DNA of 64,000 bases from IMGVR_UViG_3300028392_000029:62001-126000; one strand, 5' to 3'. Shown: positions 29,805 to 39,756, counted from the first letter of the stretch. Numbers and translations are program-made. Notes: generated by a model not told the origin, from the sequence alone.

Positions 29805-30980
29805 TTACTGGAACTTAACGTTACCTGAAGTAATACCAACTAGACCTAAATAGTCAGCGGCGTTACCTAAGCTACTTGCTGTGTTCGACAACTCAACATA
29901 ACCATAACGTGTCATGAATGATACGACTGGCTCAAATGTTGATGGATCTAAAACAACACCACTGCTCATCAATGGAATGTATGGGCAATAGAAAGCAGGA
30001 GCATCAGATTCTGAAGAACCTTTGTAACCTACTAGGATGCTTTGTGAATCGCTAGCATATGAGTTAACATATACTTTCATAGCATTGTTCAATGTACCAA
30101 CAAACTTAGTGTTTGTAGGTGCTTCGAATGTACCTTCTGTTGTACGAGCAAATGCGCTAGTAGTAGCAGATTGTAGAATTGTCAATGCAAATGGGCTAAC
30201 CACAGCGTAGTTACCAGCACCACGACGTGTACGTTGAGCGATCAAGTTAGCAACGCGGTTGATCATAACTGCCAAGGCAGCATGCTCATCACCCACGAAT
30301 GTTGCTGTACCAGATACTGACGCTTGGTCGTATGTGTATAAAGCTGAACCAGCTAATGATTGTAGGCTAGCTAGAATCTCTTGGTCGATCTCAGCAGTAA
30401 TTTCTTGTGCTAGAGCAGCCATGATTTCAGCTTCTACGTCAATACCTTGTTGTGCTTGTGCATCTTGAGCTGATTCAAATGTCCAGCGAGCTGACAATTT
30501 ACGTGTCTTCGCTTCAACAGTTTGTTTCAAGATTTGAATGCTTAATCTGTTACCAGCTTGACCTTCTAAAGTAGCTGTTGAGCTAGCCTTAGGAGTTGCG
30601 TCAGTTGTGTTACCAGAGTAAGAAGCCGCAATCTTGAATGGGCTCAATGCCTCTTCACCAGCTACTACACCAGCGCCCGATGATGAATCAGCGTAGCGAA
30701 CACGTAGAGTGTGAATTTGTCCTACTGGACCAGTCATTGGTTGTACGCCTAACAACTCGTTAGCAATAACGGTTGGCATTACGCGGCGGATTACTGGAAG
30801 AATCACGCGATTTAGTGTTGCAACGTTACCGGCAGAAGTGGCACCAGCAGTAGCGGATTCTGCAAGATACTTACGAGTATTCTCAAGAGCCACGCCCATT
30901 ACTGATTTTTTAGTGCCTGATAGGCCTTCTAAAAGTGCTTCTTTAGTTTCTGCCCAACGTCCGTTTAATAGTTCTGACAT
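29805..30980 (-). CDS. gp23: Major capsid protein (T4 gp23-like)
   Basis: LPVIRRVMPTVIANELLGVQPMTGPVGQI, VEAKTRKLSARWTFESAQD, AFYCPYIPL, FMTRYG motifs. Confidence 0.95.
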   Translation of the reverse strand: MSELLNGRWAETKEALLEGLSGTKKSVMGVALENTRKYLAESATAGATSAGNVATLNRVILPVIRRVMPTVIANELLGVQPMTGPVGQIHTLRVRYADSSSGAGVVAGEEALSPFKIAASYSGNTTDATPKASSTATLEGQAGNRLSIQILKQTVEAKTRKLSARWTFESAQDAQAQQGIDVEAEIMAALAQEITAEIDQEILASLQSLAGSALYTYDQASVSGTATFVGDEHAALAVMINRVANLIAQRTRRGAGNYAVVSPFALTILQSATTSAFARTTEGTFEAPTNTKFVGTLNNAMKVYVNSYASDSQSILVGYKGSSESDAPAFYCPYIPLMSSGVVLDPSTFEPVVSFMTRYGYVELSNTASSLGNAADYLGLVGITSGNVKFQ

Positions 30981-30992
30981 TTAAATTTCTCC

Positions 30993-32096
30993 TTAAAATT
31001 TTAGTCCAGCAAGTTTGCGAATATCAATGATATTGGCATCTGACTCGCTACTATGATTGGTGTTGGAAATTTTATTTCCTGTGACTTCTTTTGCCTCTAC
31101 AAGTGCCTGTTTCTTCTGCGGAGCTCTTCCAGTGTTACCAGAGATAACTGATGGTAGATACTTTTCAAAACTTTCGTTTAGACGTTCTGTTTTCACAGAC
31201 TCCATTAATTCGCCCATGATTGAACGTTGCTCATTGTTTAGAGGAGCTAGTAATTCATTCATGATTGCTTTTCTTTCTTGACTCTCTTTAAGAGCACGGA
31301 TGGTAGCTTCTTTACTTTCTAATATTTGTTCTGCTTTTGCAACGGCCTGTGCGGCTTCTTGCATTGCCAAATCTTTCAAGTCTATAACTTTGAGTAATTT
31401 TGCTGTTTCCGATTTTTCATTTAGGTAACTTGTAGAATATTCTGCGGCAAAAGCTTCGAATAATTTACGTCCAAAATCTGCGCGACGAGCGGCTTCAATG
31501 TCTTCTTTCAGTGCTGTAATTTCAGAGTTTAAATTCTGAGTTACTACTGATTCAACCATCTTAGCGGCACGGGTAACAAATTCTTGTTGTACCTTCTTGA
31601 TTTCTTTACGACCTTCACGGACTAAGCGAACTTTCGTTTCAGCTAAGTCTTGTTTGTCTTTGTAAAACTCTGTGATTTCTTGAGCTAGAGCCTCAACTAC
31701 GAATTGTTCTAGTTTACCAAATTTACTTGCCATAACCACCTGATCTTCGTGTAACTCACGAACTTCAGAAGCTAACTGACGTGTAACAAATTCCTTCATT
31801 ACTTCAGTGTCTTTCTTCATCTTCTTAGCATATTTGACTTTCATCTCAGCTAATTGATTGCGGTCATCTGCAAACTCGACAATCTCAACAGCTAGTTGTT
31901 CAGAGATCATACGATCTACTGCTTCAACCATTGTGTTTTTGTCGTGTTCGTATTTTTGTGCAAACTCTTCACGTAATTGTTCAGCTACTTGTGTACGAGC
32001 TTCGTTAATACGACTCTCGAAAGCGGCTTCAATTGACTCCTTGATCTCTTCAGAAATCATGCTGTTTTCAAATAAACCTTTTAGTGCATCCAACAT
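30993..32096 (-). CDS. gp22: Prohead core scaffolding protein (gp22-like)
   Basis: Glu/Lys-rich coiled coil located between protease and capsid genes, as in T4 gene order. Confidence 0.8.
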   Translation of the reverse strand: MLDALKGLFENSMISEEIKESIEAAFESRINEARTQVAEQLREEFAQKYEHDKNTMVEAVDRMISEQLAVEIVEFADDRNQLAEMKVKYAKKMKKDTEVMKEFVTRQLASEVRELHEDQVVMASKFGKLEQFVVEALAQEITEFYKDKQDLAETKVRLVREGRKEIKKVQQEFVTRAAKMVESVVTQNLNSEITALKEDIEAARRADFGRKLFEAFAAEYSTSYLNEKSETAKLLKVIDLKDLAMQEAAQAVAKAEQILESKEATIRALKESQERKAIMNELLAPLNNEQRSIMGELMESVKTERLNESFEKYLPSVISGNTGRAPQKKQALVEAKEVTGNKISNTNHSSESDANIIDIRKLAGLKF

Positions 32097-32109
32097 ATGA
32101 TTCTCCTTA

Positions 32110-32745
32110 TTATTGGAGTTTGTTTATTATTGCTAATAAACTCTCTTTGAGATATTTCTGTGCTTTAGGGTCGCCCTTGACCTCTTGCGCTATGCGTAAG
32201 GAACTTAATCCGCCTCGACTATTCATCAAGTGTTCATAAATTGGTGTAGGGTATGCTCCAGGAGCACTAGGTTGAGCTACCATATCTACTGTGATAATCT
32301 CAAAATCTGATACTTCTCCTGATCCGTCTTCTTTTACGTTGCCGGATCCGCGACTTGAAACTCCTAACTTGACTCCGCTTTCCAACATTGTCTTGATAAG
32401 TTGTCCCATAGGGGTTGGTAAAATTTTCAGTTTACCGTAACCGTTAGGACCGTCCATCCACATGTTTGTTATCATGTGTGACACACGGTCCAGGTTAATT
32501 TTTAGATCATCTGGATGATCTACTTCTCCGAGAACTGAATAACCGTTCTGAATCTGATCGTTTAGGGTTTTGACAGCCTTGCCAATCTCATTAACAGGGT
32601 AAACACGCTGGTTAGCGTTACGTATACCGCCCTGGATACAAATCCCGGACATGTATAAGTTTTTCCCATCTTTGTCATCAGATTCAACGATCATTTTTGC
32701 TTCGTTGAAACTGAGATTCTCTCGGAGGTATAACATATTTTTCAA
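32110..32745 (-). CDS. gp21: Prohead protease (gp21-like)
   Basis: IQGGIRNANQRVYP, LGEVDHP, GVSSRGSG, DMVAQPSAPGAYP motifs. Confidence 0.92.
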   Translation of the reverse strand: MKNMLYLRENLSFNEAKMIVESDDKDGKNLYMSGICIQGGIRNANQRVYPVNEIGKAVKTLNDQIQNGYSVLGEVDHPDDLKINLDRVSHMITNMWMDGPNGYGKLKILPTPMGQLIKTMLESGVKLGVSSRGSGNVKEDGSGEVSDFEIITVDMVAQPSAPGAYPTPIYEHLMNSRGGLSSLRIAQEVKGDPKAQKYLKESLLAIINKLQ

Positions 32746-32757
32746 TGTTTTATCTTA

Positions 32758-33696
32758 TTACTTACGGGCACGTAAAGTGCTTTGGGTATTCTTTTCACCA
32801 TCACGTGAATTTTTACCTGTCTCTGCACCTGCGTTTTGTCCTGGCTTGTTAAAACCAGCTTGACGATCAATTCCGCCACCCTTTACTTGAGTTTTGAATC
32901 CTGTCTTGCCTGCTTTGCCGCCTGGAACATTAACGTTGCCTTTGGCATCTGGGTTAGGAACTACATTCGTACCCATTACGCCGTTGCCTTTAACTGTTGA
33001 TTTAGCGCCAATGTCAGCACTAACTTCACGCTGTCCATTTACGATGTTAGCAGTGGTGCCGCCCATATTGTTACGTGGACTACTTTTTCCGCCTAGCATA
33101 CTTGTATTTTGTACACCGTTGTCGCCGTGTGTTGGATTTGGAACTTTGTTAACATATTCCATAATTGGCATGCCTTCAGCGTCCATGTCACCACCCATGT
33201 CACCCATGTCGTCACCACCCATGTCGTGGATACCAGGATGGTCAGCTTCTTCAGCTTCTTCGCCGGCTAATAGTTGTTCAAATTCTGCTTTTAGATCTTC
33301 TAGAGCATCTTCTAGATCCATTACGCGATCTTCCATATCACCATCTTCAGCACCTTCTTCGTCGCCGAAGTCTGGTTCTTCTTCTGAATCAGCATCATCA
33401 CCTTCTTCATCGTCTGACTCTTCATCGTCTGACTCTTCATCGTCGGCACCTTCTTCTTCCATGCCTTCTTCTTCCATGCCTTCTTCTTCCATGCCTTCTT
33501 CCTTGAAGTCTTCTTGTTCTTCTGAACCGTAGGCTGGGCCACGATCTTTGGAATCGTCAAATTCGCTTTCTAATAATTCTTCGTAGATTTCACGTGATTT
33601 TCCAACAACGATATTGTGGAATATTTCTTTAGCTTGTTCTTGATCATCATTGATCAAAGCTTCTAGCATAGCTTCAAATTGAGCGCGGTCAGTCAT
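32758..33696 (-). CDS. Acidic prohead core protein (gp67/gp68 position)
   Basis: Very acidic N-half and basic Gly-rich C-half; lies between portal and protease. Confidence 0.6.
   Translation of the reverse strand: MTDRAQFEAMLEALINDDQEQAKEIFHNIVVGKSREIYEELLESEFDDSKDRGPAYGSEEQEDFKEEGMEEEGMEEEGMEEEGADDEESDDEESDDEEGDDADSEEEPDFGDEEGAEDGDMEDRVMDLEDALEDLKAEFEQLLAGEEAEEADHPGIHDMGGDDMGDMGGDMDAEGMPIMEYVNKVPNPTHGDNGVQNTSMLGGKSSPRNNMGGTTANIVNGQREVSADIGAKSTVKGNGVMGTNVVPNPDAKGNVNVPGGKAGKTGFKTQVKGGGIDRQAGFNKPGQNAGAETGKNSRDGEKNTQSTLRARK
33404..33495. repeat. Two short 15-bp tandem arrays encoding EEEGM x3 and (S)DDEE x2-3
   Basis: ttcttcttccatgcc at 33451, 33466 and 33481; tcttcatcgtctgac at 33404 and 33419, partial copy at 33434. 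Confidence 0.85.
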
Positions 33697-33815
33697 GTTT
33701 ATTCTCCTGAAATATGATTGGTTTGTTGATACAAGGCTGTAATATATTTACACTAATATTACAAAAGTGGGCAGATATACCTGAAAAACGGTCGTTTTTA
33801 AAAATATTTTATGAA

Positions 33816-34055
33816 TTAGGCCGCTGGTGCTGGCGGAGTTGCGTACATTGAATGTATAAAATCTAATTCGTTCTCTTGTTCTAATATGTGTGCTTCACTA
33901 CTTTTACGCAGTTCATTGATTTGTCCCAAAGTTAATCTTGTTTTACGTGTGTCAGTCCTGTGCATGACTGTATTGTCGCGTTTAGCATCATAGCGCAAAT
34001 CATTGGCTACGCTACGTGTGTCGGGATCAATGTAAAATAATTCTCTTAGGATCAT
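33816..34055 (-). CDS. Small head-module protein (79 aa; true start probably 34055, not 34172)
   Basis: MILRELFYID... starts just after the portal stop and a TAAATA box at 34060-34065; the 34172 extension overlaps the portal gene. Confidence 0.65.
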   Translation of the reverse strand: MILRELFYIDPDTRSVANDLRYDAKRDNTVMHRTDTRKTRLTLGQINELRKSSEAHILEQENELDFIHSMYATPPAPAA

Positions 34056-34062
34056 CTTGTAT

Positions 34063-35814
34063 TTATGCTGCCGGTGGTGGAGGAGGTGCACCTGGTTGTG
34101 CTGGAGCTCCGCCAACTGCTCCTTCTCCGCCTGTTTCTGCATCTTGCATATCTTCCGGAGCATCCATATCACCTGCGGCGCCTAAATCACCCTCTATACC
34201 AGCGGCACTCAGGCCTGCTGAACGTAATTCACCAGCGGCATCTGTATGATTAGGTTGTCCTTTGCCAGCTTCTTCAGCCCACATGCGTTCGTTTTCTGCT
34301 ACTTCTTCGTCTGTTAAGCCTAAAAAACGTTTAAGAGCAAAGCGTTTTGATACAAACGGCACAGCTTGAATAGTATTAAATGTATTAATACGCTCTGTAT
34401 CCATAGCCGCTTGTCGACTTGATGCAAAGTTCATTGGAGGATTAAACTGTAACTCAAATAGATTCGCATCTAAGTTAAGCCCTTTACTCTCCATATACAT
34501 TTTAAACTCTTCATCAAACACTGCTGTGATAAGACTCTGTAGTCTTTCACAGTATTTGTTAAAGCGTAGCTCTTGAATATAAGCTGTTCCTACTCTGCCG
34601 TCGTTGAAACTTGCTTGCGAATCGTCCGCGCCAGTAGGTAAGTAACTGCTAGGAATCCGCAAACCTCTAAAAAGTTTGTTCGTAAAGTATTTAAGGTCAT
34701 CAATTTCACCTAAATTAGTACCGCCGGGCAGTGTTTCTACTTTAGAACCACGTCCTTCCGCTGTTGTTGGGAAGAAATAGTCTTCATTGATTGACAATGG
34801 GTTATACGCACTGTCAATAACATTCTGCCCGCCACCCGATTGGCTAGGAATACGGCGCTGATGGATTTCATTTTTAACACGTTCTACGAATGCCATGGCC
34901 AAATGGCTTGGCATGTTGCCCACATCAATGTGAAATACCCTGCGTTCTGGCGCACGTTGTATACGATAGATTAAAATTGCATCTTCAAGCAACTCTTTCT
35001 GTTTGTAAACTTTAAAAATGTTTTCAAGTAAACTGTTACCAAACGGATAATTTTGATCTAGACCTTCCGACAGACTTAAATGTATCATGTGTTTAGCATC
35101 AACAGCATTTTCTTTCTGATTTAATCCAAAACGACCACCACCACCACCAGCTGAATACGGGCCTGATGCACCTTTTCCGCTACTACCTTGACCTAAATTG
35201 CCGCTTACTCCTTGAGTTCCGCCTGAACCTGCACGTGGACTCACTGTAGGGGTAATCATTGTAGCAACTAAATTTTCAAAATTAGGTGCTAGATCTTTAA
35301 CCACATACTGTTCAGGTTTCTTGCCTTCGCTTTCATTTACAATAACTTTGACAATGTTTGCTGGATCTACGTAAGACCATTTTTGATTTTCTGGATCGCG
35401 AATAAAAAAACTATCGCCATACTTGAATACGTTGCGCACAATACGAAATATTCTAGTATCAAACTGCTGTAGCTTATTCCATTGCTGTAGGTATTCACCT
35501 AAAATCTTAATTTCACTGTTAGTAGCTTTGTGGCGCCATTTAACTGAGAATGGACTTTTGTTATCTTTTACTTTTTGTGTGCAAAACTCTGCAAGAATAT
35601 CTAGTGCGGCATTAACTTCAGGATCTGAATCCATTACTTCGTATTGGCTATAACGTTCAACACGATTTGGACTACCTGTATAGATATCAGGTAGATAACT
35701 TGAATAGTTTGTTTGTGCGGGCCCTGGTCTAGATCCGCTGTTGTTTGCACCAGAGATAGGCCCTAATAGTTGCCCATTAACTGCTACTGGTGTGAAATAT
35801 TTTTTCCAACTCAT
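34063..35814 (-). CDS. gp20: Portal vertex protein (T4 gp20-like)
   Basis: MDSDPEVNAALD, EDAILIYRIQRAPERRVFHIDVGNMP, EDYFFP, LPGGTNLGEIDDLKYF motifs. Confidence 0.95.
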   Translation of the reverse strand: MSWKKYFTPVAVNGQLLGPISGANNSGSRPGPAQTNYSSYLPDIYTGSPNRVERYSQYEVMDSDPEVNAALDILAEFCTQKVKDNKSPFSVKWRHKATNSEIKILGEYLQQWNKLQQFDTRIFRIVRNVFKYGDSFFIRDPENQKWSYVDPANIVKVIVNESEGKKPEQYVVKDLAPNFENLVATMITPTVSPRAGSGGTQGVSGNLGQGSSGKGASGPYSAGGGGGRFGLNQKENAVDAKHMIHLSLSEGLDQNYPFGNSLLENIFKVYKQKELLEDAILIYRIQRAPERRVFHIDVGNMPSHLAMAFVERVKNEIHQRRIPSQSGGGQNVIDSAYNPLSINEDYFFPTTAEGRGSKVETLPGGTNLGEIDDLKYFTNKLFRGLRIPSSYLPTGADDSQASFNDGRVGTAYIQELRFNKYCERLQSLITAVFDEEFKMYMESKGLNLDANLFELQFNPPMNFASSRQAAMDTERINTFNTIQAVPFVSKRFALKRFLGLTDEEVAENERMWAEEAGKGQPNHTDAAGELRSAGLSAAGIEGDLGAAGDMDAPEDMQDAETGGEGAVGGAPAQPGAPPPPPAA

Positions 35815-35823
35815 CTATTATCC

Positions 35824-38643
35824 TTAGGCTAATGCTCTACTACCAGCGGGTCTAGAGGTAGACTTTGCAGTCTTTTGGCTAGCTTCTGAGGTAGTGGCGG
35901 CATGACTTATCATTTGTCCCATTTGTTTATTTAACATTATTAGCTGGTCATTGAGATCTTTTATAGATACTGCACTACTACCAGTTGCCGTAGGCAATGC
36001 CGCGGGCACACTAGAAACTTTTGGTTGTTCAACCGGTTTTTCTGCTTGTTCTATTTTAGGAACTGGTTTAGCCACTGGCGGTGCAGTTACTGGCTTGGCT
36101 ATGTCAGTGTTAATATTATCTAATTTTGGCATTGCTGGCGCAGTTATTGCACTAGTCTTAGGTAACATACTTGTTATCTGAGTTTTTATACGATCAAATA
36201 TACTTGGTTCTGCTTTAGGTGCCTCAACTTTAGGTATATCTAACTTAGGAATATCGACTTTAGGTGCCTCAACTTTAGGTATATCTAACTTAGGTGCTTC
36301 GACTTTAGGTACTATCTTAGGAATATCAACTTTAGGTGCTTCAACCTTAGGTACTTCAACTTTAGGTATATCTAACTTAGGTGGTTCTACCTTAGGTGTT
36401 TCAGCTTTAGGTAGTTCAACTTTAGGAATATCTACCTTAGGTGGTTCTGCTTTAGGTGGTTCAACTTTAGTTTCTTCGGACTTAGATTCTACTTTAGGTG
36501 GTTCAACTTTAGTTTCTTCGGGCTTAGATTCTACTTTAGGTGGTTCAACTTTAGGAGCTTCTACTTTAGGTGGTTCTACTTTTATATCAGTCTTAGGTGG
36601 TTGAACTTTAGGTGTAGCATCAGCCACTTGTTGCTTTAATTGAGCCATTACATCTTCCTTAGTTGAACCAGCTTTAGGTAGTTCAACTTTAGGAATATCT
36701 AACTTAGGTAATTCAGCTTTAGGTGCTTCTGTTTTGGCCGCTGACGCTCTTGCTTTGATATCTTCTTGTAGTTTTAGTGCTTCTTGATAGAAAGGACTGC
36801 CTTTACCTTGATTACGTTGACCAGGACCTTCTGCAAGAGTTTTTAATTGTTCTTCGCTTAGTTTAGGCAACTCTGGAGGTTTAACTTCGGGAACTTTTAT
36901 TCCGCCCTTAGGCAACATGTCAGTAAGCATGTTCTTACTAGTATCTGCCGCAGGTTTAGGCATTTGTTTAGCGGCACGCTCTTGCATGTCTTGCATAAAC
37001 GTTTTAACCTGTGCTTTAGGAACTACAGCCTCATCGCCATGTAGATTAACAGCAGTTTCCGTACCAAAGTTCTCAAACCAGTTACCAGTTGCTTCTTTAG
37101 ATCCGCCGGCACGACCTGGTTTGGGCTTACCTATTTCACGATTACCTACTGCTGATGCACCTGCCGCAGTAGGTGCGGCTGACGGTGCCCCGGCTTTGTT
37201 TATACCAGTAAGATCTCCTAGTAATTTAAAATCTGCTTTTAATTTTGCAGCCGCTGCCTCAGTAGTACCACCTTTGCCAAACACTTCTGACATAGCACTA
37301 TCAAATTTCTTAATTGAAGCCGCATCGCCTCCAATCTTTGCTGCCGTATCTGCTAGTGCTCCTGTACCTGCGGTACTTTGAACTCTTGCTTTTTCTTCTG
37401 TTCGTGATAATGCTTGATCAACTCCTCGTCTAGCATCTTGAGTTACTTTACCATCAGCACCTTTTACAAGGCCCTGTCCTTGTAGATCAACTTTATCTCT
37501 GTTTGCTTGATCTGCTTTTGTTCCAACCATTCCAGTTTCAGCTTTTGCACCTACTTGGCGCCCAGCTGTTCTATTTTCTTCAGCAATCTTTGACATTGCC
37601 GCTCCCATCTCCGGAGTAGAACGATTAACCATATTTTGAAAACGTTGGCTAGATTGAAATTCGTTAACGTGCGACTTAGCTTTTTCTAATGCTTGCTCAG
37701 CGGCTTCTTTTTGTTCCTTAGTTTTAGCATGTGTTAGTGCGTAAGTTGCACGTTGAAATTCGCCAGCCGCCGGACCCATTGCCATCAGTGCTGTTACGTT
37801 ATCTTTGGTATATCGGCCACCTTTAGCAATTGTATCGCTTAGATCACCTACGCTTTTACCCATGCCAAGCAGTGCAACTTGCGCTGAAACATACCCTTCA
37901 CGCTGTTGTTCTGACATGCGTCGCATCATCATAACAGTGCCGGGTTCTTTTAATCTTTCTTCAAGAGCCGCAGTTAGTGCCTGGTGCGTTTGCCCAGTAA
38001 CCATTGACGTGCGATGTAAATTAGTAGCTAGTTCGCCAGCAAACTGGCTGGCTTTTTCCATTGCTTTAGGATTATCAAGATTTGCCTTAGCACCATACTG
38101 ACTAACAATTGCTAAGTTTCCTAACTCAGCCGCAGCCATGTTAGTTTTTTCTTTAAGATTTTTACCTAAATCACCTTCTTGTAAACTATTTCCAAGTTTT
38201 AATAACTTTTCAGCCGATCCAGTTGCATTACCACTTACCGCATCTAGCGCAATTCCTGAATTGTTTACTGCTTGTAAATATTGTGCTTGGCTTAGTCCAG
38301 CTTTATTAGCCTTGTCTTGCATGTCAAGAAAACTCATTGACACGCCTTGCTGAGCATTAATTAAAGTACCGGTTCGTAATCCATCTAATTCGCCAATAGC
38401 TTTGCCGGCGGCGCCGCCTAGCCCTGGAATAACACTAGACATTCTCTGTAGAGCAGTAGCCGCATGGTTACCGTTAGTTGTAATGCTAGTAAATGCTGTA
38501 ACTACGCCTGCTGAGGATCTAAGGATATCTCCTAAACCAGCACCCGTGCCGCCGGCACCACTAGCTCCCGATCCGCCTGAATTACCTTTACCACCGTTGG
38601 CTTCTCTAAGTGCGTCAATAAGGTCTTGTTTAGTTAATTCCAT
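35824..38643 (-). CDS. Tape-measure / baseplate hub (gp29-position)-like protein with Pro-Lys-Val-Glu repeat tract
   Basis: Ala/Gly-rich helical N-half, LHGDEAVVP motif seen in tape-measure-type proteins, head-to-head with the gp26-like gene. Confidence 0.55.
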   Translation of the reverse strand: MELTKQDLIDALREANGGKGNSGGSGASGAGGTGAGLGDILRSSAGVVTAFTSITTNGNHAATALQRMSSVIPGLGGAAGKAIGELDGLRTGTLINAQQGVSMSFLDMQDKANKAGLSQAQYLQAVNNSGIALDAVSGNATGSAEKLLKLGNSLQEGDLGKNLKEKTNMAAAELGNLAIVSQYGAKANLDNPKAMEKASQFAGELATNLHRTSMVTGQTHQALTAALEERLKEPGTVMMMRRMSEQQREGYVSAQVALLGMGKSVGDLSDTIAKGGRYTKDNVTALMAMGPAAGEFQRATYALTHAKTKEQKEAAEQALEKAKSHVNEFQSSQRFQNMVNRSTPEMGAAMSKIAEENRTAGRQVGAKAETGMVGTKADQANRDKVDLQGQGLVKGADGKVTQDARRGVDQALSRTEEKARVQSTAGTGALADTAAKIGGDAASIKKFDSAMSEVFGKGGTTEAAAAKLKADFKLLGDLTGINKAGAPSAAPTAAGASAVGNREIGKPKPGRAGGSKEATGNWFENFGTETAVNLHGDEAVVPKAQVKTFMQDMQERAAKQMPKPAADTSKNMLTDMLPKGGIKVPEVKPPELPKLSEEQLKTLAEGPGQRNQGKGSPFYQEALKLQEDIKARASAAKTEAPKAELPKLDIPKVELPKAGSTKEDVMAQLKQQVADATPKVQPPKTDIKVEPPKVEAPKVEPPKVESKPEETKVEPPKVESKSEETKVEPPKAEPPKVDIPKVELPKAETPKVEPPKLDIPKVEVPKVEAPKVDIPKIVPKVEAPKLDIPKVEAPKVDIPKLDIPKVEAPKAEPSIFDRIKTQITSMLPKTSAITAPAMPKLDNINTDIAKPVTAPPVAKPVPKIEQAEKPVEQPKVSSVPAALPTATGSSAVSIKDLNDQLIMLNKQMGQMISHAATTSEASQKTAKSTSRPAGSRALA
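36200..36720. repeat. Degenerate 15-nt (PKVE/PKLD-type pentapeptide) tandem repeats including a 42-bp near-perfect duplication
   Basis: tttaggtggttcaactttagtttcttcgg[a/g]cttagattctac at 36451-36492 and 36493-36534; many (c/t)ttagg units. Confidence 0.85.
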
Positions 38644-38670
38644 ATAAAAAAATCCCCAGAAATATGCGTA

Positions 38671-38694
38671 TATAAATACTGTATCATATATTTA
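38671..38694. promoter_or_regulatory. Opposed late promoter boxes in a divergent intergenic region
   Basis: TATAAATA on + at 38671-38678 (T4 late consensus) and TAAATA on - at 38689-38694. Confidence 0.7.
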
Positions 38695-38707
38695 TCAGGA
38701 GTAAAAT

Positions 38708-39529
38708 ATGGCAAATAATCCTCTGCAACAGTATTTTAGACAACCTAAGATCTTTGTTAGTCTAGCCAGTAAAGGCACCTATAACGAACCAGGATCGCTA
38801 ACTGGCAATCTTGAAAGCATGCCAATATTTGGTATGACAGGCATGGACGAAATCGTTATTCGAACTCCTGATGCTTTGTTAAGCGGTGAAAGCACTGTAA
38901 AGGTACTAGAAAGTTGTTGCCCTAGTATCAAGAACGGATGGGATATTAGCACTCTTGATACCAACTTATTGTTTACTGCTATTAGAATTGCCACTTACGG
39001 AAATATGATGGCTGTTACACACAATTGTCCGGATTGTAATAACGAAAATGACTATGACCTAGATCTAGGCAAAGCTATTGAACACTATTCAACTTGCAAA
39101 TTTGATAATCGTGTGGTTGTAGACAATCTAGTAATTAAAATTAGACCATTAAACTATAAACAAAACACTGATATCAACATTAAAAATTTCCAACTGCAAC
39201 AACAGTTGTCTCAAGTTGAAGCTATCACTGATCCAACTGAGCAACAGAAAAAAATCAACGAATTGTTTGCCGCAATCGGTCTTATTCAAAATGACATGAT
39301 CACAGACTGTGTTGACAGTGTTGAGATTGAAACTACTAACGTTACCGAACGGGGTTACATCAAAGAATGGTTAGAGAATTGCGATAAATCTATTTTTGAT
39401 GCAATTAAAAAACAAATTGAAGAAAATCAAAAAACTTGGTTATTGCCCAACTATAAAGTTAAATGCAAAAAATGTGAAAAAGATAACGAAGTCAGTATAG
39501 AGTTAGATAATTCAAATTTTTTCGCATAA
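38708..39529 (+). CDS. gp26: Baseplate hub assembly chaperone (T4 gp26-like)
   Basis: NPLQQYFRQPK, MTGMDEI, LFTAIRIATYG, CPDC and CKKC Cys pairs, ends ...NFFA. Confidence 0.75.
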   Translation: MANNPLQQYFRQPKIFVSLASKGTYNEPGSLTGNLESMPIFGMTGMDEIVIRTPDALLSGESTVKVLESCCPSIKNGWDISTLDTNLLFTAIRIATYGNMMAVTHNCPDCNNENDYDLDLGKAIEHYSTCKFDNRVVVDNLVIKIRPLNYKQNTDINIKNFQLQQQLSQVEAITDPTEQQKKINELFAAIGLIQNDMITDCVDSVEIETTNVTERGYIKEWLENCDKSIFDAIKKQIEENQKTWLLPNYKVKCKKCEKDNEVSIELDNSNFFA

Positions 39530-39756
39530 GCCTAATTGGTCTCACACCCTATGAGATTGAAGAAAAGCTAGTTAGGCTAGATAACGAAATAAGAGCGTTT
39601 AAATCAGAGCTATTTAGAATCAGCTGGTACATGAGGGGTGGTATTACTGTAAATGATCTAATGTACACCTATAGCTATGACGACCGACTAGCCGCCTACG
39701 AGATCATTAAAGAAAATATTAAGTCAGTTGAAGAAACTGGCCTGCCTCTACTTTAA
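39511..39756 (+). CDS. gp51-like baseplate assembly segment in the -1 frame of gp26-like; probable frameshift extension (not in ORF track)
   Basis: Open frame FKFFRISLIGLTPYEIEEKLVRLDNEIRAFKSELFRISWYMRGGITVNDLMYTYSYDDRLAAYEIIKENIKSVEETGLPLL*; no ATG/GTG/TTG until 39631; slippery T TTT TTC at 39517-39523. Confidence 0.65.
   Translation, partial: FKFFRISLIGLTPYEIEEKLVRLDNEIRAFKSELFRISWYMRGGITVNDLMYTYSYDDRLAAYEIIKENIKSVEETGLPLL

Noticed and set aside
33816-34172. 118-aa version of the small head gene
   Set aside because: Its first 39 codons overlap the portal C-terminus; the ATG at 34055 follows a late-promoter box and is the more plausible start
36200-36720. CRISPR-like array
   Set aside because: The repeats are in-frame coding pentapeptides with no unique spacers
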